From: Callorhinchus milii | Lineage: Eukaryota | Direction of reading: 5' to 3' | Assembly (NCBI RefSeq): GCF_018977255.1 | Contig: NW_024704742.1 | Coordinates: 71,860,001 to 71,924,000, forward strand | Length of the DNA stretch: 64,000 nucleotides | Shown: positions 61,681 through 64,000 of the stretch, in pieces | Numbering within the stretch: the first letter of the stretch is position 1 | Layout: every line of letters begins with the position of its first letter | The notes under the pieces: model-generated | Database searches by the model: none | What the model saw: the letters and a program-made list of their open reading frames with translations, nothing else | Told to the model about the DNA's origin: nothing | Translations under genes and position numbers: made by a program

Positions 61681-63487
61681 AGATGTCTTAAAAGAATTAT
61701 TAATAATAATAATCCTTGCATTTGATATAGCGCCTTATCACGCAGTTGAAATGTCTCAAAACGCTTCGCAGAATATACTGTAAAGTGTAGTTAGTGACTG
61801 TATTTTGTGGGTAAAAGTTTTTGTTGAATGAATTATCCTTTATTTGTACACACGCCTTTCTTTATTCACAATTGTTTTCTTAAATTAATTAACAATATTA
61901 ATAACAATAATAATAATCCTAGCATTTGATCCTCATTTGTACGTCGGGAGCATGTCTCAAAGCACTTCATGAAGGTCACTGTAAAGTGTAGTGACTGTGT
62001 AGTCCCACAGCAGTGGAGGAAATAATCTCACTCTGGGTCCAACTCAAAAACCAGCCTCTGTCTCAGTAATAATAATCCTTGCATTTGATACAGCGCTTTA
62101 TCTTGTCTTCGAGACGTCTCAACAGAATATACTGTAAAGTGAATTGACTGTGTATTTTGTGGGCAAAAGAAAACAGTGACAAACAGGAGCAGACGATCCC
62201 TCTATTTCACATCCACAAGTTTCCTCGCACCATCTCTCTCTCATCACCTCAACCACCCCCAGTCTGTCCATGTAGAGTGTCTTGCCCGTTTGCCGTGAGA
62301 GTCTCTGTCTCATCGCGGCTCCAGAGCTGTGGTTATCACACACCCAGTGATCACCAGTTACTGGAAAGTTAACCTCTCCGTCCATGCTCTCTCTCCCCAA
62401 GTTTTCACCTTATTTTGAAACTCCAACCTCTTGTTAAATTTTGCACATAGGAGAAAAACACAGCCAAATTTTACAACCTTTTATTTCCCACTGTGTGGTT
62501 TCCACAGTGCGGATCACTTGTGTTGAACCTATTACCTGATGCCTTGTGTATTGTTGTTTAATTATAATATTTCCATATACAAACAAATAATAGTAATAAT
62601 CCTTGCATTTGATACAGCACCTCATCATGTCGTTGCAACATCTCAAAGCGCCTCACAGGGTATACTGTAAAGTGAATTAACTGTGTATTTTATGGGCAAA
62701 AAATAAAGACTGGTTTAGAGCCTGGAAAAAACAGAGATATATTTGATGAAATGTCTACCTGGCTGCTCATTGGGGATGCTGGTGAGATAACAATAATAAA
62801 GTAATTTGGTCATTCAATCCAAGTTTGTGGGACACTGCTGTGCGCAATTAGCTTCCGCGTTTTGCTCACAAAATATACAGTCAATCCACTTTACAATATA
62901 TTCTGTGAAGTGCTTTGAGTCATCTCAATACACTGATAAGGCGCTATATCAAATGCCAAGATTATTATTAGTAGTAATACAGTATTATAATAAATCTTGC
63001 ATTTAATAAATGCTTTATCACATCATTGAGATGTCTCAAAGTGCTTCACAGGATTTTACTGTGTCTTTATTGGCGAGATGTCTATCTATGTCACAGGTTG
63101 TGTGAGTTTCTCTCTCTGGTTCAATATCACAGCAACTCAGTCAGCAACACGTGGAGTCACGGAATGTTCTGGCACTGAAATCGACCGTTTAACCCGTCCG
63201 GTCAAGACAGGTGTTTGTCTCAGGCACGGCTATATCCTCATTCTCCTGTGGACTCACAGTAGTCTTTAACCTTCCCTTTAATGTCCCTTTTTGTGATGAT
63301 CTTAAACTTGTGCCGCTAGTGACTGAAATCAAAATATCATCCTTCACAGTAACAATGCAAAAACTATATATTTTAATTTTATTCATTTAAAAACAAGCGA
63401 TAAATATATCACCATCAAAAAGTAAGTGTGACTGGGGAGACCGGGTGCTGGCTGAGATATTGTTTTTATATATAAACCTTTTACCTT

Positions 63488-63792
63488 AGGCAAGTTTCCT
63501 TACTCTGCACACCTCTGTTTACTCAGCAGTAAGTAGGAACCCGGTTGTTCGTCGATTGGCAAATCGCTCTCCCGGGGGTAATAATCCCTCAGAAAATAGT
63601 ACTCATAATAATAATAATAATCATTTGGTCACTCAATCTAACGAATGCTTGTGGAACACCGCTGTGTGCAATTTGCTGCCGTGTTTCTCCCACAAAATAC
63701 ACTTACAGCATATTTTGTGATGCGCTTTGAGACGTCTCAACAGTGTGATAAGGCGCTATATCATATGCAAGGATTATTGTTATTATTATTAT
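63488..63792 (+). mobile_element. SINE family A lacking the tRNA head
   Basis: Body and tail present. Confidence 0.85.
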
Positions 63793-64000
63793 AAAAGTAA
63801 TGTGATTTATATTATTTTTAAATCTAAAAACCCAGCTTGCTCTGAGCAGAACTGGGAGTGAACAGTATGATGCAAGTGGGACTTGCAGCTCAAGAATGTG
63901 AGAGAATTTAAACCGAGAAACAGAGAGAGAGAAAATCTTACACTGAACTCAAAGTGTTTTCTCTCTGATTTCCCCCGTGTGAGTCCAACCTTTTCCAAAC

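Overview
Repeat-rich vertebrate genomic DNA. The SINE, L2 and CR1 families and a characteristic minisatellite suggest a cartilaginous fish, possibly a chimaera; this is inference. The window holds two genes in the vertebrate SFXN5-EMX1 arrangement. (1) The 3' eleven coding exons of sideroflexin-5 lie on + (2979-33678), all with GT-AG sites and matching phases; the first exons lie upstream of the window. (2) An intact 226-aa Emx1 homeobox gene has exons 2 and 3 on - (55683-55867 and 45497-45664). Its exon 1 (60314-60641) lies on the OPPOSITE (+) strand and points away from exon 2. This orientation clash is the main anomaly. It could be a misassembly, a real inversion, an inverted paralogue or, least likely, trans-splicing. 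The rest is tRNA-derived SINEs, Deu-type SINEs, decayed L2 and CR1 LINEs, nested hAT and Tc1/mariner-like elements, and micro- and minisatellites, with several unique islands that look like candidate enhancers. Smaller oddities are a 20-copy tandem array of an SFXN5 splice donor, a hairpin cassette that is flipped between copies of a repeat, and two locally templated insertions. Repeat boundaries are approximate and all family calls are by eye.
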